Positions 55,534 to 64,000 of a stretch of DNA of 64,000 nucleotides are shown one piece after another (the stretch's first letter is position 1; the number at the start of each line of letters is the position of its first letter). Origin of the DNA: an uncultured delta proteobacterium. Lineage in GTDB: Bacteria > Desulfobacterota > Binatia > UBA9968. Under the pieces are notes generated by a model. It had not been told where the DNA came from, did no database searches, and saw nothing but the letters and a program-made list of their open reading frames with translations. The stretch covers positions 64,001-128,000 of the forward strand of contig CAWJZV010000015.1 of NCBI GenBank assembly GCA_963847445.1, read 5' to 3'. The translations under genes were made by a program, and so were the position numbers.

Positions 55534-55610
55534 TGGAAGTGATGGAGTACTGGAGTGATGGGTTTCGGACTCCGAGCACTTCCACCACTTCGAGTGACTC
55601 CATCACTCCA
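55534..55610. repeat. Inverted TGGAG octamer arrays
   Basis: tggaagtga tggagtac tggagtga tgggt ... gtgactcca tcactcca. Confidence 0.8.
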
Positions 55611-55617
55611 ACTTTCT

Positions 55618-56475
55618 TTACAGGGTCAAGCCGAAGAACTTCACGGCGTTGTCCAGCATGATCTTTTTGCGGATCTCGGGCTTCATGTTGACCTGGCCGA
55701 ACTCTTCCAACCAGCGCTCGACGCCGATGGCGGGCCAGTCGGAGCCGAACATGGCTTTGTCTTGCAGCAGCGTGTTGATGTTGTGCAGCAGTTCGGCCGG
55801 GAAATATTTCGGCGCCCAGCCGGACAGATCGATGTAGTAGTTGCCCTTGTGGCGGGCGACCGCCAAGCTTTCCGCGGTCCATGGCCAGGTCGGATGAGCG
55901 CTGATGATTTTCAGCTCGGGAAAATCCGCCGCGACCTCGTCGACATAAATCGGCTGGCTGTATTTCAGTTTGATGCCCATGCCGCCCGGCGTGCCGGCGC
56001 CGGCCGCCGCCATGCCGCCGTGAAACAGGATCGACATGTCCAATTTGGCGCATTGCTCCCAGATCGGATAGAAGCGCGGATCGTTGGGGTAGAAGTGTTG
56101 GCGCGCCGGATTGAGCTCGCCCATGCCGCGCAGGCCCAGATCATGGCAGCGTTTGACTTCATCGATGGCCAACTTGCCGGTCCAGGGATCGATGGCGCCG
56201 AAAGCGAGGAACACGTCGGGATGTTTTTTGATCGCGCTGGCGACATGATCGTTGGGCACCGGCGTCAGGCCGGTGATGGTCTCGTCGCGGGTGTTCATGA
56301 TCACCGCCATCATCTTGCGCGCCCGGTATTGATCGGCCATCTCATCGATGGAAACCGGCGGCCGTTCGCGGCCGAAATAGCGCGCCATCTGCGCGGTGCG
56401 GTCGCCTTTGGCCTTCTGGGTGGTTTCATCGGACAGATGCACATGAACGTCGATAGCTACAATGTCGCTTGCCAT
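55618..56475 (-). CDS. Amidohydrolase family 2 (resembles CouO-type beta-ketoacyl-CoA hydrolases)
   Basis: IDVHVH, GAGTPGGMGIKLKYS, AHPTWPW, IDLSGWAPKYFP, FGSDWP. Confidence 0.85.
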   Translation of the reverse strand: MASDIVAIDVHVHLSDETTQKAKGDRTAQMARYFGRERPPVSIDEMADQYRARKMMAVIMNTRDETITGLTPVPNDHVASAIKKHPDVFLAFGAIDPWTGKLAIDEVKRCHDLGLRGMGELNPARQHFYPNDPRFYPIWEQCAKLDMSILFHGGMAAAGAGTPGGMGIKLKYSQPIYVDEVAADFPELKIISAHPTWPWTAESLAVARHKGNYYIDLSGWAPKYFPAELLHNINTLLQDKAMFGSDWPAIGVERWLEEFGQVNMKPEIRKKIMLDNAVKFFGLTL

Positions 56476-56528
56476 GGTCTAATGCCTCCTGATTAAGTTT
56501 CTTTTCTTATTGCACTGGCTTGAAGATA

Positions 56529-56658
56529 GTTCAAGGTTCCAGGTTCAAACGTTCAAGGTTGTCGGACTTCGGGCCGCTTCATTGGCGCCAAATTTGCGAG
56601 GCTAACCTCGAATTCCGAACATTATTGAGCTCTTGAACCTTGAACTTTTGAACGGAAC
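56529..56658. repeat. Inverted GTTCAAG / CTTGAAC heptamer arrays
   Basis: gttcaag gttccag gttcaaac gttcaag ... cttgaac cttgaac ttttgaac ggaac. Confidence 0.85.
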
Positions 56659-56664
56659 TCGCGC

Positions 56665-58123
56665 TCAAGCGCGACGTTCCATGGTCACAGAGAAATTCGC
56701 CGTCTGCACATGAATCTGCCGGTTCTTGGTGCGTTTGGACAATTCTTGCAACAAGTTCACCAGCGGCTGTTGCGAATTCAGATACTCCAGCGGCCGCTTG
56801 TTGGCGCGCATGAAGTCGATATCGTCTTTGCCGATGATCCAGCGCAAGAGTAATTCTTCGTCGGAGGTGCCTTCGGCGCCGATGTTGCGGCGAATCTCGT
56901 CCGGCGACGGTTCGTCAGGCGTCCACTTGGCCCACTCCTTGGCGCGCGGCCGATCGAGGATCTTGTCTTTGACGGTCGGGTGCATGTCGCGGGCGCCTTC
57001 GGCGCCGGCGTGGCCCAGCGCGAACTTGATCACCTGGTCGGTGACTTCTTTGTAGCGCTCGCCGACGATCACATTGATCGCCGCCTGGCTGCCGACGAAC
57101 TGTGACAGCGGCGTGACCATGATCGGATAGCCGAATTCTTCGCGCACTCTTGATGGTTTCCTCCAGCGCCGCGGGAAAGCGATGTTCCAGGCCGACCTTG
57201 CGCAGTTGGAAGCGCAGGTTCGACAGCATGCCGCCGGGCACTTGGTGTTGGTACTGCGAGTAGTCGTATTCCACCGGCGCGCCGATGGTGAAGCCTTCGC
57301 GCTTGGCGATGGCGCTGAAGTGGCGCGACACCGGCTGCAGGATTTCTTCGTCGATGTCGGTTTGGTAACCGAGGGCGCGGGCGTTCTTGGCGACATTAAA
57401 CAGCGACGGATTCGACGTGTCGTCGGCCAGCGGCGGCAGCGCGGTGTTGATCGAGCGGATGCCCAGCTCCATAGCCTTGATGCAGCACAGCGGCCCCAGG
57501 CCGGTCGTGCAGTGGGTGTGCAGCTCGACTTGGATGCCGTTGGCGTTCTTCAAGATGATCGGCACCAAGGTTTCCATGCGCTCCGGTGTCAGCAAACCGC
57601 CTGGATCTTTCAGACAAAGCCGATAGGGTTTGAGTGACGCCGCCTGGCGCGTGCGCAGGGCGAAATATTCGTCGCTATGTTTGGGCGAGACCGAATAGAT
57701 TAAATTTAAAATCGACTTCATGCCGGCGCGGTGGCACTCGCCGACGCGGAACTTCCAGCCTTCGTAGTCGTTCCATTCGTCCGAGATGCGCGCTTCCTTG
57801 ATGCCGTTGGCGAACATGCGCTCGACGAAGAGGCGGTACATGGACGGCGGATTGTATTCGAAAGTATTGACCCGCCCGGCGATCAGCCGCAGCGGCGTTT
57901 TGGTAATCAGCTTCGCTACCAGCCGCACGCGCTCCCAAGGGTCTTCCTTCAAGTCGCGCACGGATTTCTTCAAGTGCGAGCCGGAGATCAGCTCGATGCC
58001 TTCAAACCCCGCGTCGTCCAAGTTCTTGGCGATCGGCAGCATCATGCCGGTGGTCATGTTTTCCGCCCACAAGCTCTGATGGCCGTCGCGGATGGTGGTG
58101 TCGACGAATTTAATGGTTTCCAT
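56665..58123 (-). CDS. Second carboxyltransferase paralogue, frameshifted
   Basis: DTTIRDGHQSLWAE, LKDPGGLL, ELHTHCTTG, HQVPGGM. Confidence 0.85.
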
Positions 58124-58371
58124 GGCTTCTCCGGCGAATCGCAAATTTCAAATCTCTCACTTTGAATATCATGAAGATTAGACAATTTCATGAACCCGGT
58201 GCCTAAAATTCGTTTGAACCCTCGATCACCGTTGTGTTAAGTCGGTGGCGGGTCAGGCGCCGCGGTTCGAGGCCGCTTCTTCTCGTGTTTACTTTGAGTG
58301 GGGCACTAGCGTTCGTCCAGTCTTAGTAAAATGGTTTGTGGCTGATTATCAGCCAGGAAAAGAGCAAAGCG

Positions 58372-59454
58372 ATGAAACTGAACAGTTCGTCGAAGCTGGT
58401 GCTTTTGGGTGCCATTTTGAGTTCGCTCGGTGTGACTCCGGCTTCATTTCAGCCGATGCGCCGTTCTATCGAGGCAAGACCCTGACCGTATTGATCAACT
58501 TCGCCGCCGGCGGACCGACGGATATCGAAGGAAGACTTGCGGCGCGTTACTTAGGAAAGCACATTCCCGGGCAGCCTACGATCGTAGTGCAGAACATGTC
58601 CGGCGCGGGTGGCGTGACTGGCACTAATTATCTCGGCGAGGTTGCCAAACGCCGATGGACTGACCCTGGGGTATTTCACTGGGCAGTTTTTTAATCTGCT
58701 GACCGCCGATCCCAATCTTAGAGTCGATCTGGCAAAATTCGCCTATATCGCGAGCATCGAAGGAGTCGCTGTTGCCTACATACGCAGGGATGTCGCGCCG
58801 GGCATCCAGGAACCTAAAGATCTTATCAAAGCGAAGGGTTTCAGGGCGGGCGGCTTGAGCCTCAACAGCGCGAAGGATGTTCGATTCCGGCTCCAGCTCG
58901 ATATCTTAGGTGTTCCCCATCAATACGTGACCGGGTATAACTCTAACTCGGATGCGCGGCTAGCTCTCGAACGAAACGAGATTCAGTTTTTTACCGAGGG
59001 AACGCCCGGCTATCGCTCTCAGGTGCAACCGCGCATGGTGAAAGACGGTCTGGTTGTTCCCGTCTATGCCGATGAGCTGGTGACCGCGGATGGGGAGTTT
59101 CGCTCGAGCGCCGAGGTGCCTGACATACCTTCTTTCTCACAGCTCCATCAGCAACTATTCGGTAAGCTGGGTTCTGGGCCGCTGTGGGAAGCGCTGAAAA
59201 CTATCAATCTCACGCACGCCATGCAGCGCATCGCCAAAGTTGCTCCGAACACGCCCGCGGAAGCCGTTGCCGCCCTGCGCCAAGGATTTTCGCAGATGAT
59301 CAAGGATCCGGAATTCATTCAGGAGTTCAAAAAGGTCACGCGCTCCGATCCGAATTTTCAGGTAGGGGGCGAAGCGGACAAACTGATAAGAAAGCTGGTC
59401 CAGGCCCCGCCCGAAGTAAGAGCTACGATTCGAAAATATACGGAAAGCAAGTGA
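58372..59454 (+). CDS. Bug/TctC-like substrate-binding protein, frameshifted
   Basis: FYRGKTL...AAGGPTD, HIPGQP, NMSGAGG, APNTPAEAVAALR. Confidence 0.85.
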
Positions 59455-59684
59455 TTCAAGCCGGCCTTCCTGAAAGTACGGTGTGGACTCATTTCTCGGG
59501 TTCAGGAGCAACGAGGGGAGCGTGCCTTGAATGTTGCCCGGAGCTTCACTCATTCGCAGCATCCCTCAATCTTTTGAATTTTTTCGCCAGCAGGTTTAAA
59601 AAACCAAATTATCAAGCTGTTTTTCGCGATCGTTGCCGCTAAAGTTGTTTAGGTTCTGACGCCGATGTTCTAACATTGCACGCG

Positions 59685-60131
59685 ATGATTGAGATCGCCC
59701 AAGCGCTGCTCTTTGACCGTGACGGCAAGCTGCTGATTTACTTGCGCGACGACAAGCCGACGATTCCGTTTCCCAACCATTGGGATTTATTTGGCGGGCA
59801 TGTGGAGGTAGGGGAGACGCCGGAACGGGCGCTATGCCGGGAACTGCAAGAAGAGATCGGCGTGACGCTCGATAGCTGGCGGCTGTTTCGCCGTTATGAA
59901 TGTCTGGCCGGCGACGTTTATCCCAATACTAAGTTTATTTATTACGCGCAGATCGACTGCCGCCCGGCCGACTTGACGCTTTGTGAAGGTCAACGATTGA
60001 CCGGCATTGCGGCTGCTCAACGGCTCGATTATAGGTTCGCCAATATCCTTGGCGCGGTCGTGGAGGATTTCATCGCCGCCGGATTGTGGCCCGGTGCTGT
60101 GGATAACTTTCGCGGTAGAAAACTGGACTGA
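59685..60131 (+). CDS. NUDIX hydrolase
   Basis: GGHVEVGETPERALCRELQEEIG Nudix box. Confidence 0.9.
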   Translation: MIEIAQALLFDRDGKLLIYLRDDKPTIPFPNHWDLFGGHVEVGETPERALCRELQEEIGVTLDSWRLFRRYECLAGDVYPNTKFIYYAQIDCRPADLTLCEGQRLTGIAAAQRLDYRFANILGAVVEDFIAAGLWPGAVDNFRGRKLD

Positions 60132-60175
60132 GATTTGTCGCCACTGTTGGATTGTGATAGTAATCTTCCACTGCG

Positions 60176-63672
<3,497 letters not shown>

Positions 63673-63676
<4 letters not shown>

Positions 63677-64000
63677 AGCAGTTGATTTCCACCCGGCAGC
63701 CGCAGGAGAGGGCCGTTCTGGTCGGCGTTGATCTACCGTCGCGCGTCCACAAGGTGCCGGTGGATTATAGTTTGGAAGAGCTCGAGCGGCTCGCCGAGAC
63801 CGCCGGTGCCATGGTGGTGCACAAGTATTCTCAGCAAGTGCGCAGCGTCACGCCGGCGACTTTGATCGGTCGCGGCAAGGTCGACGAGATTTGCGCTGGT
63901 CTGCAAGAGCATCACGCCAATCTGGTCATCGTCGACGAAGATCTGACGCCGGCGCAGCAGCGCAATTTGGAAAACGCCTTCAAAGTTCGCGTCGTCGACC
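63673..64000 (+). CDS. hflX: GTPase HflX, N-terminal part (runs off the window)
   Basis: Manual translation from TTG: ERAVLVGV..SLEELERLAETAGA..IGRGKVDEI..LTPAQQRNLE..VRVVD. Confidence 0.92.

Noticed and set aside
58245-58280. tRNA fragment (GCGGTTCGAGGCCGC)
   Set aside because: Only a T-arm-like hairpin; no acceptor, D or anticodon arms and no CCA.

Overview
GC-rich bacterial chromosomal window. Gene content (many orphan NMT1/SsuA-type and Bug/TctC-type solute-binding proteins, amidohydrolases, LLM and VOC enzymes) suggests a Candidatus Binatia/deltaproteobacterial genome; this is inference. Recognisable genes include lrp-gltB-gltD, a NitT/TauT ABC transporter, a YqjG-like GST, ogt, an aldehyde dehydrogenase, phoD, ald, two carboxyltransferase paralogues, dnaE and the start of hflX. 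Many genes carry single-base frameshifts, most likely long-read assembly errors. Non-coding highlights are a c-di-GMP-I riboswitch, a sigma54 promoter, a decayed RAYT transposase and GTAG-type REP doublets. The most striking feature is a dense set of intergenic elements made of two inverted arrays of 3-5 tandem 7-9-mers. One such element encloses a four-helix-bundle (23S rRNA IVS protein/Avd-like) gene and sits between a stop codon and the next RBS, which suggests an undescribed stem-loop-bounded mobile or RNA-processing cassette with empty derivatives.
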